Source: Dicyema japonicum
Taxonomy: Eukaryota; Animalia; Dicyemida
DNA length: 64,000 nucleotides
NCBI GenBank assembly: GCA_011109175.1
Contig: RDEW01000020.1
Span: forward strand, 800,514-864,513
Direction: 5' to 3'
Position numbers and translations under genes: made by a program. The notes below the pieces were generated by a model, which saw nothing but the letters and a program-made list of their open reading frames with translations, was not told the origin of the DNA and ran no database searches. Numbering within the stretch: the stretch's first letter is position 1; each line of letters starts with the position of its first letter. Positions 1 through 11,269 of this stretch are shown in pieces.

Positions 1-720
1 TTTAAATTATTAAGGATTGAGCTTTTGATGTAGCTCTTGTATGCTTGATTTCCTCATCTCCTCGGATTAGTTTAGCCGTCAAGAGCTCAACCCTTAGACC
101 AATATAGCTGAATTCTCTCTTCTTTTGGAATTGACCCTTTGTACCACCCTCACTGTTCCCCTCATATACCACTTGAGAAAGCGAATCATTATACAGGACA
201 GCTGTTTCTCCTGGTTCCTCTTCGACGTCACCTCCGAGTTCAGAGCCTCTTGAGAAAAGATGATTAGTCACTCTAGTAATCTCATCATTATAATTATCAA
301 CTTTCAGCCCATGCCTATGCTCGATTATCATGCTCTCTAAGGTTTTCATTATTAGAAAAATTATGATTCAGCATGAAATATTTTTCAATATTGTTTTTAT
401 TTAAAATTCTATCTTAAACATCTTTTTATCAAACGGGAGAAGATTGTTTTAACATATCCATTCATTCTTGTCAACCTTTCAATAAAATGATTTTCAATAT
501 CCCCCTTTACAGAAATAGAACTGGTTTTTTTGGAAATCTGTCTGATGTCTTTTTCCATTAAGATGCCGATTGATCTGGTATTTTTTGATGATTTTACAAT
601 CTTAGAGCATTTTTATAAAAATAAATCTCCTTCAGGTCTTCTTGTAAATAAGTATGTGTTTTTTAATTTTTTCTTATTTTTGCCTCTGATTTCTAATAGT
701 TTTAATATTTGAGAAAAAAC
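1..720 (+). mobile_element. Degraded APE-endonuclease/linker remnant of a non-LTR retrotransposon
   Basis: Frame-broken + strand peptides (LNSLFFW; SLYRTAVSPGSS/FDVT; SHSSNLIIII) resemble APE motifs GDxNxH..W, TR..SSPD and SDHxPI. Many stops. Confidence 0.3.
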
Positions 721-819
721 AAAAAACCATTAAATTTATTCCAAAAACCAAGGGTAACCAAATTAACTAACTCCTTGATCCTGACTCGTTCCAGCGTTCC
801 GAACTTGTCTCCGTGTAAC

Positions 820-975
820 GAAGTTGTCCCCGGGAAAAGAATAGGTAGATCCTCTTGATTCCGGCCAGGCATTGAGGTTTCCTAAGTAACGTGGTTCCAA
901 TGACGTCATCGGAGGGAAGGACAAATAATTATTGACCAACTAGCCACATAGCACCACATGACGACCCATGGGCAA
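820..975 (-). mobile_element. SINE family 2, 5' part
   Basis: Reverse complement aligns by eye with 23365-23515 (catgtggtgctatgtggctagttgg ... gacgtcat ... ggccgg ... aggatc). Confidence 0.5.
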
Positions 976-1074
976 TTTTATTAAATGTAGAATGCTAATG
1001 AACTACAAAAAACAATTTATAACATATAATTTAAAAAGAAATAAAAAAATACTAACAAATTTAAAAAAAATAAT

Positions 1075-2445
1075 GGTAATGTTACAGTTTTTAATGAACT
1101 ATATTTTTTCGCGAAAAAAATAAATAATAAAATAAATAATTATAAATTATATCAGCATATTTAGAGTAACTTTCTCTTTTATATTTTTTTTATAATTAAA
1201 AAATTTATAAAAAGAAACATCACTATTTTAAGAAACACACTAATAGATATCACCAAAAAGCGCCGAGAACTCAGAGAAAACGCGATGTCGGTCTATTGCG
1301 TCCTGCAAGTCCCTCAGTGAGTTTCTCCAGATATATTCATAAAGATAACTCGTGAATATTTGATTTGATGTTCCTTTATGCAATTATAATCAATTTTATA
1401 CCATATTGTTGACGACTTTTTCTTTTAGCACGCTGCCATAGATTCTCGATGACTGCGTGTGGACATTTGGATCGGCGGGATCAACAAAATTTACCGTCAT
1501 CCCATTGTGGGATTGGCTGCCATCCATCGGTTATAATCCTCGTCCCAGGAAGTATGCGTCTTGTAATCACATCTTTCAAGGTTTCCGTCGATCTACAATG
1601 TTCAATATTTTTAAATAAACCTATTTTTAACCTCTGCAAGAAAACAGCGCCCTGTTCCGCGCTCGATTCCTCCAAGGACTCTCCCGCCATTGACCGCGAT
1701 GGTATTTGCGGTGGAAGAATTTAGACTCGTCGATTTCCACGACTTTTGGTTCTATTGATTAACAAAATAAATTTAAACGATTATTTTCGTCAAGTCCACG
1801 AAGCAACTGTGTGACTGTCTCGAACCATGTCTCGCATGTTTCTCGACAAAAGCTATTCCAGTCCACAACAGTTGTCTTGGATATTTCAAGTTCGAAAGCT
1901 ACTTCGCAAACGAAATGTTCTTTCGCCCACATACACGTTAGCTCCAAAATTGTTCTAAGACTTAGATGGCTACCTAAAAATTAACAAAGTTGCACCACCT
2001 TCAAACCATGAGTGATTTCTGATGCTCGTCCTTTTCTTACACTTTTTGCATTTCCATACATGTTTATCGACCACTAGATTCAACACAAAAAAGTGACAAT
2101 AAATCTAATTATTACACATTTTCAAAAATAACCTTGCAAGATCTGCAGAAAATTGTGTTCTTTATCAAACGCCGTGCTGCACACCACTTATGCATTCCTC
2201 CAGACTCTGTGTACCCATCAGAGGACTCAACAGGGAGAGTAGTTCGGCTTGAATGGCAGCACGACTCATTATTTCTTCTTGTTGAATTATGCTCTTGCTA
2301 CCAGCTCGCACCATGTGATTCAAATTTATTCAAATTTATTCAAGAAAGTTACTCTAAATATGCTGATATAATTAATAATATAATTATTTATTTTATTATT
2401 TCTTTTTTTCGAAAAAAATATAGCTCATTAAACTGTAACATTACC
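1075..2445 (-). mobile_element. Merlin (IS1016/ISXO2-like) DNA transposon with complete ends and a disrupted transposase
   Basis: About 100-bp TIRs starting GGTAATGTTACAGTTT (1075-1175 and 2343-2445). 8-bp TSD AAAATAAT at 1067-1074 and 2446-2453. Minus-strand peptides ISKTTVVDWNSFCRETC, ILPGTRIITDGW and FTSYLYEYIWR are typical of Merlin transposases. Confidence 0.9.
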
Positions 2446-2549
2446 AAAATAATTAACTATCCTTTGTTTTGTCGGTGATTCTTGGTTCTAAATAAAAATA
2501 AAAATTAAGCCCTATTTTAGGACAATTTCCACCCTAATGATCAGTATGT

Positions 2550-4200
2550 CCGATTCCTCCAACTGGTTATCGGTTCATGTTCTTCTCTTTGTCTCTTTTC
2601 TTCTTTCATTTGTGTGATAACAGTGATCTATTCGTCTGAAAATACACCTAGTACCTGGATAACTACAAAATGGTCATTGGTCTTACCCATTTTTTACTAG
2701 CTTGGAGGGGTTCCCAATAGACTAAGAAATCACCGTTAAATTAAGGAGTTTCATTTGGGGGTGAATACGGAGTGCATGACTGTTCAATGCATGTAGTCAA
2801 GTAACCTTCACCTATATGCATAAGAAGTTTATAAAATCTTTTAAACGTCGTGGAGTCATCTGGACATCTTTAGAAACAATTATTATGTCGTTGGCGTATT
2901 CAAAATTAAAGTGTTTTCTCTGGCACTAATGGAATTGGCAGAACTTGATACGACTCTTCAACTGATAAAAGTTTGAAATTCATTCTTAGGTTTTCTTGGG
3001 AAATCAGAATCAAAGATCTTCCTTGTTAGTATTTTTGGACGGAATAAAACGTCTTTTGGATATTAATCGAGCATACTACTGATGTTTGATTTCCTGACCA
3101 TCATAAATGAATTTCGATAGACAGATGAGGTGAATTATCGTTAAGGAACTCTTCTTTAATTTGTGCTGGAAAAATCTCGCTAGTAGATGCAGTCAAATAT
3201 GATTCAGAGCGAGTTATTCCAAGACTTCCACAGGAGTACATGATTGATATTGGCTTATGATGAAGAGGTTATTTGGTCATCAAGATTTTAGGATCGGTCG
3301 TATATCCAAATTTCCAAACAATTGGAAATTGAGGCATTAGAAGTTTACGTTATGGGTGTGATGATTTGGAAGACTTCTGTGTCACTGTCCCTTCTTTGAA
3401 GGATTTGATTGACCGATAATACCTCGAAGACATAGATTATCAACATCTGTTTTTTTTGCTTGAACTTTTAAAGATCACTTTTTCAAAACAAAGATCGCGT
3501 ACTTTAGTGAATCGTTCTTTATCGGTGCTTATTTTGGTGACGATTTTCTGAGAACTGATCCTCAAACAAAAAGACTCTGCTGCAGTTTCTATCAAAAATG
3601 TGGGGATCCATATATGGCGTTCTTTCTGTTAAAAATTTGTCATTTCGTCCCCAAGTTCTCGTCATTCTGAGATGCTCGTCAGCCTTTAGGTACTGGGACC
3701 TGGTAAAACCATCAATTCAACAATAAAGTATTTAATGGTTGATATTTTTCTTTTCCAACTCTATGATCTATACTGGAAGCATACTGGAAGCAATCCCAAC
3801 TCTCGACCTCTTGGGGGTAGTTTCAGCCTTAGATCTGAAACCAAAACTACATTTCTGGCCTTCCTTTCTTCGTGTGCTTATATGTTTTCTTATCGTCGGA
3901 GATTTTAATCAATACATGCATAGGATGAAAGACTCAATGTATTGATCTACATTGAGTCTATCAAATGTCAGATAAGAACAAAGAGTTCCGGTAGTGCTCT
4001 TTAACTTTCTCAAAGATCTTGGTACGAAATCGCTTCAACTCTCTTAGCTCAGGAAAAACCCCACCCAACACTTCCTGGCTTGCTTTTGTTTGGAATGTCT
4101 ACTCAATCTCGTGCTTCGAAACTCGGCATCTCATATCTCTTTTATTTAAATGTCACTATGAGGGAAGATGATTGATAACGAAGGAATTCTCTTTCCCAAA
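2550..4200 (-). mobile_element. Degraded APE-type non-LTR retrotransposon RT remnant
   Basis: Broken minus-strand motifs (CTPVEVLE, EYANDII as a YADD-like motif) with many stops and frameshifts. Confidence 0.55.
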
Positions 4201-4232
4201 GGAAGAATCTCAAGGCACGCAACTCTATATAC

Positions 4233-5104
4233 CAGTGGTTCCCAACCTGGGTTCCACGAAATTTATTATAAATTATTTAATAATAGTTTTTAATTATTAA
4301 AATATATTAAGCCGTCATCAGTGAATACACACTGCGGAACTTGATTGTCTAGAAAGGACACTCACACAAGAAAAAGAAAAAAAAAGAAGTGAAGATCATT
4401 CCTTGGTTCTACGATTAGTTAAAATTAACTGTTCTTTACTTAAATAAAGTGTGTGTCCTGCCTATGCGGAGCTAATACCACGGCTCCGTGAAAAAGGCTG
4501 TTATTATATATTATATATTAAGCATCCACGCTTATATCTACATCAACAAGGTGCAAGTTGGAAATTTCCAATTTTGCGAAAGACGACAACTGAAAATCGA
4601 CCAGAGCATTTTATGCAGTATATAATTATTTTAATTAACCAGGTGAGTTATCTTGTAGCACGCTGTAGAGAGGCACATACAATTGCCGAAAATCTCATAA
4701 AGACATGTTCAAAAAAGATCATCGAATTTATTTATGGCCAACAAATTTTGTTGGTCATCCGTAAATAAAAATAACATTACATGCTTTGCCGTTCTGCTAA
4801 AGTATCTTGATGAATCAAAATGCGCATTGTATGATACAGTACTTCAAGACATTAAAGATCATTTGGTAATTTTGGATGTTAACATTGCGAAATATTTTCC
4901 GGATAAATTTGATGACGATTAGGTTCAAAATCCGTTCAAAGCTAAAGTAGTACAAGCAAATCTAACTTCAATTGAATATGAACATCTTATTGATTTGACA
5001 TCAGAATCAACGTCAAATCAGATATATAATTGAATTGTAAGGGTTCCGCAAAAAATAAATTAGCCTAAAAGGGTTCCGCGAGCATTTAAGGTTGGAAACC
5101 ATTG
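4233..5104 (+). mobile_element. Internally deleted hAT (Buster/Charlie-type) DNA transposon
   Basis: TIRs CAGTGGTTCCCAACCT / AGGTTGGAAACCATTG. 8-bp TSD CTATATAC at 4225-4232 and 5105-5112. Peptides SYLVARCREAHTIAENLI and QNPF...EYEHLIDLTS match ZBED5/SCAND3-type transposases. Confidence 0.92.
4310..4515 (+). mobile_element. SINE family 1, 5'-truncated copy nested in the hAT element
   Basis: Core gtcatcagtgaa...ctgcggaac...aataaagtgtgtgtcc and tail gcctatgcggagct...cgtgaaaaaggctgttatta are shared with other copies. Confidence 0.7.
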
Positions 5105-5159
5105 CTATATACTATCATCAAGCTTTATCTTAAGCTGCTGAGTTCCTTCTTATATTCGA

Positions 5160-5480
5160 ACCTGTTGAACCTGATCTAGGAGACCATATGGGATGACAAA
5201 CTTCCCATTTGTCAAATGCCGCTCTATCGTTCGTGATATCACTTGTGTTGATATTTTTTCAATGACAATACAAGCACATAATATCTGAACAGCTACTCTG
5301 CAAAGAGTTTATTGTTTATTTAAGAATTGCCTTTGAGACTTCGGTGTAACATGACCGGTCACCAGAGCCTTTTTCAAGAAATTAGAAGTGGAATCTCATC
5401 CAAACTGGAAGATCTTTGAGATTGTTAGAGGGAATCCCAACTGCCTTTTAGCAGGCGGTTCAGACCCCATCTTTTTTCGA
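5160..5480. mobile_element. CRE-like RLE retrotransposon fragments in both orientations
   Basis: + strand RPYGMTNFPF...DITCVD (RPDG-type RLE); - strand GIPSNNLKDL (like LRPQHLKDL). Confidence 0.5.
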
Positions 5481-5699
5481 CGTCTAAAAAATAAAGTGTG
5501 AGTTCTGACTTACTGAGTTTTTAGTAATGGAAACATTGCTATTATCTGGTGGATGGGCTGTTTATACTATATTTAGTTTTTGGTTAAAATTCACAATTTT
5601 ATGGTCAATAAAAATCTATTTAGTAATACCATGGTTTTCTTAATTTTTTTTAATTTTTTAACGTTTAAAATATTACTCAACCTGAACCTATCTAATTCT

Positions 5700-5830
5700 T
5701 AATTTACCCCCAAGTAGAGTAGCATCAATATCGGTGTCAGCCCAAGATGAGGTCCCTGTTAGGAAGTGCTGGGATCACGTGATTAGTGAATTTGTGTAAC
5801 GGTGGTCTCTGGTGTTAAAAAAACATAGCG
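5700..5830 (+). mobile_element. 3' end of I/Jockey-group LINE family A
   Basis: aagatgaggtc...gggatcacgtgattag...gtggtctctggtgtt is shared with copies at 7440-7760, 25850-26010, 42463-43055 and 55370-56745. Confidence 0.65.
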
Positions 5831-6249
5831 ATAGTTATGGGGGATTACCTTATTAAAAATCCTGCCGTGAGGGATGGATTCTTTCGCAGTTTAACCCCTT
5901 TGCTTCATAGTGTCATCTGAATGAACGTGTCATCCACTTTGGTCCTCAGGGAAAAACCCTCGACCCGTTCCACTACCACGATCCTTACTGAGTTGATCAG
6001 GCTATCCTCCTCTTCTAGCGTTTCTTCATCTTTTTTACGAAGGGCCAGCTTGACGTCTACTTGAAACCTTAAATTTGAACGATCATAAGAAAATTCTAAC
6101 ATAAAAACGAATTTAAAAAATGAAAAACCCCTAATTAAATTTTTATTTGTAAGTTTTAAATTTTTTTGTTTCATCTATGAAAACTCCCTTAATAACAACA
6201 TTATTAATGTATTTTGGTCACAACATATTTGGATTAAAATAGAGCTTTC

Positions 6250-7760
6250 ACTAACCAACGCTTCAGCGTTTAATTACAGCGTTCGACTATCCCCTTGATT
6301 GGGGTGTCTTGGAAATTCAAAAGTAACTAATCATCTCGAAAAAATATAAGGATGATTGACTATCATTTTTACGAAATCCATGTCTTGAAGGATATTTGTA
6401 GACTATTCTTGCCAACATTCTGATATAAGGACCAACTGCCATATTACCCTTATCTATTTACCCCCGGTGCTTTCAAGTGAAGGAAACCAGTGTCTAAATA
6501 CCAATGACGGACGTTCCCAGGCCACATTTTACTTTATGGTAGGCATTCCACTGTAATCAGGAATTCCCATGCTTACTTAATATTCGGCCACAACCATTTC
6601 TTTACTCCCATGTCAATTGAACTAATAATACAGACTTTTTAATTTCATATTTGTCATAAATGAATGTGCACAGATTACTCGGAAAAAAACAAATTAATAG
6701 ACTGTCGCACTCAAAGAGCACCGGTAAACTGAAAAATACAAACTATATGATCCCGACAAATTTAATCTAGAGTCTCAGGTCAGCTCGATGCTCTACCTTT
6801 GATCCTAAACAGGCTCATTAAGGTCGTTGTGTCCTTATCACGTTGGATCAGACCTCTTCCGTTATTCCCTCAGATTAGACTCTCCAAAGGTGTTGGTTTC
6901 ATGTTCTTTTTGTCCATATACCACTTCTATGTCTCCATAATAGGCTTTTTTATGTAGTGGCGAATTTTGAAGAATTAGTCAAAAGATTTAAGATCCCCAT
7001 AAGGCACATGCATAGGAATGAACGATTCAATGTATTGAGAGTAAAGCGTTTTAGTATGGGATGGTTCTCTTTTTCCTATAGCTCAGTTAGGCTTTTCAGA
7101 AGATTGATTTTTTTCTCACATTTGTTTACCACATTTTTAATATGCTGCAAGAAACACATATATGTATCATGGATCACTCCCAGGATTTTTGATATTTCTT
7201 AAATGGCAATGTATCCCCGTCCATTTCAATTTCAATTGACTTTTTGACATTTTTTTGTCCGAGTTAAATAGGGATTTAATGGATTTCTAAGGGCTGTTTG
7301 TCAGTCGGTTTTCGTTCAGCCACACAAGTAAACAGTTCAGGTAATGTTTACTGTCTTCATGACTGCCTGGATGTCTTGATCCCGTGATGCTAAAAAACCA
7401 ACGCAAACATGGAATATTTGTTATTATTTTTATCTATTTAACAGCCCAAGGCCACTGTAAAACCAAACTAATAATCACGTGATCCCGATGCGTTCTAACA
7501 GTGACCTCATCTTTGCCTGGTGTTCCTCCCTCTTTCCCGCGCATAATCGTACAGGACGGCTGACTGAATTTACGGAGCCGCTTTGGAATCTAGTCTCATA
7601 AGCGTCAGTCCGGAACGTTGTTCTTCACATCTAACGCTCCGTTACACTGAAAGTCCTCTTTTGCACTTCCTAGATCTTCCTCATATTTTCCAGATATTGA
7701 CAGTTTATCTCTCATTTATGAATCCGTGCTAAAAAGTCCTATATGGTAAGAACTCTGATT
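6250..7760 (-). mobile_element. Degraded I/Jockey-group LINE 3' remnants
   Basis: Minus-strand C-terminal RT-region peptide (TTLMSLFRIKG). 7440-7760 aligns with the family A 3' end. Confidence 0.55.
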
Positions 7761-7829
7761 GTAGAATTTCTATGTTAATGTGAAATCTTCAATGTGGTTA
7801 AACTATGGTAACAATGCACCTAGAATTGA

Positions 7830-8230
7830 GGTATATAACTCCAAGACGGGGATCTGTTTTGTAGTGTATCGAAGATGTATCATTATTGTAAGTCAAGATG
7901 AGTGTCTGGGAAATCACCTGCTTCGACACGTTTACCCATTGCAACCTAGTCCACAGTGCCTCTAGAGTATGTTCAGCCATTGATAAGGGTGAAAGGTTGA
8001 AACAGGCAAAGTACGCGTTCCTAACACAAGGATTTTTGTTTGTTCCACTCGTCTTTGAAACGTCTGATTTCCTTGCGTCTACGAGGCTGAACTCTTAAGT
8101 CGTTTAGGGAATCAGATTTCTGCACGAACAGAAGATCCTCGTGAGTGCAGTTGGCTATTTGAGCGATTCTTGCTCATCATCCTGAAATAGAATTGCTACG
8201 CTGTCAGGGGACCTCTGTATGACCTTTTGC
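7830..8230 (+). mobile_element. CRE-like RLE domain fragment
   Basis: KSLEITCFDTF, KQAKYAFLTQGFLFVPLVFETS and EDPRE...LSRFL are typical of the RLE C-terminus. Confidence 0.75.
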
Positions 8231-8869
8231 TGACTTTATTGTGTCATTGATAAATCGATTTATTCAAAAAAGTTTTTAAGCTTAAAAAATTACGTTCCAC
8301 GTGTTCAAGATAATAAAAATTATGTAAAAGACTTGTTAAAAAATTGCGAAAATATAAATAACGAGATTTGGAAGAAAGTAAAATTTCTTTAACGATGCCA
8401 GTCTTGGAATAAAAAAGAGGAATGAATTACACTGAAAACATCAACCTATAGACTACTAAAACAGCTAATAGAACAAAAAATAGCATAAAATATTGGAGAA
8501 CGACAAAGTGACTGATTTATTAAGTTTAAAAAAATAAAAGAACGAATAAGTCATTTGTTGATACATCGTAAAAAAATAAAGACTTGCAACAATTCGTTGA
8601 AGACATCTGTAAAAGCATTAATGGAAAAACTTGAAGAGGAGAGACAGAGAGAGCGGAATAAAACCGGAGACAATGGTTTGTCGATGAATAAGTGAGAGAC
8701 AAATTTGGTAGAATCCTATGATAAATTAGAGAAATCGAAAGAAATGTAAATTCAAGTAAAAATGATGAATTAAAAATATTACAATCCCAGGTTACTGAGC
8801 AGAGCTTCTTTGTCCAAGTAATCCTAAATAATGTTGCAGAAAGTATTTTAATACTTTGATTCACAGAAA

Positions 8870-9424
8870 AACAATGAACTTTACAAAGAGCCATATTAGC
8901 TATCGCTCCCCTCAGGCAGAACACACACTTTATTTGAAACAAAGAACAGTTATCATAACTAATCGATGAAGGAGAACCAAGAATGCTCTTCACTAACCCT
9001 AACACACTTTATTTGAAACAAAGAACAGTTATCATAACTAATCGATGAAGGAGAACCAAGAATGCTCTTCACTAACCCTAACACACTTTATTTGAAACAA
9101 AGAACAGTTATCATAACTAATCGATGAAGGAGAACCAAGAATGCTCTTCACTAACCCTAACACACTTTATTTGAAACAAAGAACAGTTATCATAACTAAT
9201 CGATGAAGGAGAACCAAGAATGCTCTTCACTTATTTTTGTTTTCTTTTTGTTGGGTGTATGCCCTATATAGACGATCCGGTTCCGCAGTGAAATGTTCAC
9301 TGATGACTTGTCAAGCCAAAGCATAAAGATGCGTGGAACCTTCAAGCGAAATGTAGAGTATCAGGATTAGAACTAGGGACCTTCAGGCCTCTTATCTGGC
9401 ACCCGTTTCACTGCGTCACCCGGC
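8870..9424 (-). mobile_element. SINE family 1, full-length copy (tRNA-like head, core, RTE-like tail)
   Basis: Minus strand starts GCCGGGTGACGCAGTG (A-box-like) ... GGTCCCTAGTTCTAATCC (B-box-like), then the shared core, and ends in an RTE-like tail near 8880. Confidence 0.7.
8923..9231. repeat. 79-bp tandem repeat, about 3.9 identical copies, inside the SINE1 copy
   Basis: Units start at 8923, 9002, 9081 and 9160. Junctions read cactaaccctaacacac. Confidence 0.97.
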
Positions 9425-9496
9425 CTCCTGGTGGTCTAGGGGTATGATTCTCGCTTCGGGTGTGAAAGGTCCCGGGTTCGACACCTGGCCAGGGCC
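9425..9496 (+). tRNA. tRNA-Pro(CGG), degenerate and possibly a pseudogene
   Basis: TGGTCTAGGGGTATGATTCTCGCTTCGGGTG...GGTCCCGGGTTCGA matches eukaryotic tRNA-Pro. Mismatches in the acceptor (1:72) and anticodon stems. TTTTT follows. Confidence 0.75.
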
Positions 9497-10009
9497 CCCA
9501 TTTTTGATTCACAGGTAACAACAAAATATATTCATCAAACTGTGAGTATACCTGATGTTGTCAATATTATAAGGCTATGTAAATTCTAGGACTGAGTGAG
9601 AGTGATACCATGCATTTGTTATTCCATCTAATTTGTGAGGAGTGAGTTTATCAATCAGTAATTTTAGAGGATTGATTGCGCCTTCAAGGATAATGAAAAA
9701 TCTATCATCAAATATAGCGGTTTCTCTTTGAAGTTGACTTTAAAAGGATTTAATGAATTGACAATAAAGCTGTATATTAATTTGTATGTCGATTACTCAA
9801 CTGTTATTTAAGTAAATTTCATTCATTCCAATCGCCTACGAAATTTTTTGTGCAGTTGGGTGAATTAAGATTGTCAATGAAATCGAGAATGCTGTGACAG
9901 AGACCCTCGCTAACGAAGGTGGTTTTTACTGTGTCTAGGTATAGTAATCATCAGCGGTAATACAAACTGTTTATTGGCTGCTGGAACATGATTGTTTCTG
10001 TTTCAAATA

Positions 10010-10270
10010 AAGATTAACTATCTTAGTAAATAACGAAGTAGAGTTGTTACGACAGGTCTCTATTATGGCGTGCATTGAGCACCTCTCATAATTGCGATCC
10101 CAATTTTCTGGAAAAGCCATCTCGCATTCTGGTTCAGGATTCCGCTTTCCTGTAAGCCTTCCGATTAACCTTATAAACTCAGACCTGCTCGGACCAATAA
10201 CACTAGACGTCTCAACGAAAATTGGCTGAAAAACGATCAAGTCGAAGATGTCGTGGTACTTCCTTCTTTT
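10010..10270 (-). mobile_element. CRE-like RLE C-terminal fragment
   Basis: KRRKYHDIFDLIVFQPIFVETSSVIGP...FIRLIGRLTG (ORF 9971..10273). Confidence 0.75.
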
Positions 10271-10953
10271 CAAATCTTCAGCAATGCTCGCTGCGGAACC
10301 TCACGCGCAACGATGATTTGAGCAAGTTTCCATTAGAGAAAGTTTCCATGCATGTTGAATCCCAGCAATACACCTCTCTAGTAAATAACTGCTTGAAAAA
10401 ATCTGTTGCCATTAACAGAAACTCATTAGAGTGGTGGAATGAAAACTAATTGAATTCTACAATTTAAAATTTCTAAATTAATTTCTTAAGATATTCAAAG
10501 ATTAAGTTCGTTTTGAAGAATTATTGGATCGTAGAGTAGGGTACTTTAAGAGAGACATCTATTTGTTAAACAAGAAACGATCGTAGTGGATTCTTTCTAT
10601 TCTGCATAGAACCTGTAAACTCATTTGGAAATAAATCGTTTATGTGGAGGAATCTTTACCATTAATTAGTTGTATGCTATGTCACGTGCATAAGTGGTCA
10701 TAATGGATAACGTGTTATAAAAAAATATAGTGAATAGAAATTTACATGGGCAATTTCTGTTGACTAGAAAAAATAATTTTGCTATCATTTAAGATTTTTT
10801 ACAAAAACTGAGAGAAAAGGGTTATTCATAGAAACCGCTGATATAAACCAAATTTAACACTTTTCCGATTGTTTTTCTCATTTTTTAATAAATAAATAAT
10901 GTAGAAACGATAACTAAAGTTAATAAATAAATAATTAAAAATTTTATATAGGG

Positions 10954-11025
10954 AGCGGAATGGCGCAGTGGGAGCGCGCTGGGCCCATAACCCAGAGGTC
11001 CGAGGATCGAAACCTCGTTCCGCTA
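10954..11025 (+). tRNA. Initiator tRNA-Met(CAT)
   Basis: AGCGGAATGGCGCAGTGGGAGCGCGCTGGGCCCATAACCCAGAGGTCCGAGGATCGAAACCTCGTTCCGCTA has A1-U72, GATCGAAA in the T-loop and a CAT anticodon, all initiator hallmarks. Perfect acceptor stem; TATA-like sequence upstream and a T-run downstream. Confidence 0.97.
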
Positions 11026-11269
11026 ATTATTTTCGTTTTTTACTGACAAAATGAGCTACATCCCTTATTCTATTTATTCCATTCTGAATGCGAGTCGTTC
11101 GATAGGATTTGAAAGTAGTTGCTACAAAAACAATGAGGAATGTATAGACTAGATAGAAAACGTCTTGATCAAATGTCCCATCTTTCAGTTTGCTGCTGAA
11201 AACATTCAAGTCTTGGACTTTATGTGCACGGATATTTTTGTTCAACCAACCTTTCTCAGATTCCTTCCA

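Noticed and set aside
2-349. 115-aa minus-strand ORF
   Set aside because: No recognisable family; the opposite strand carries APE-like remnants, so it is probably an antisense shadow.
5905-6174. 89-aa acidic minus-strand ORF
   Set aside because: No motif or convincing splice pattern recognised, and it lies among TE debris.
8526-9005. 159-aa minus-strand ORF
   Set aside because: Starts inside the SINE tandem repeat and has low-complexity AT-driven composition.
9290-9350. CTGATGA in SINE1 as a hammerhead ribozyme core
   Set aside because: Conserved across copies, but there is no correctly placed GAAA, UH cleavage triplet or closing stem I.
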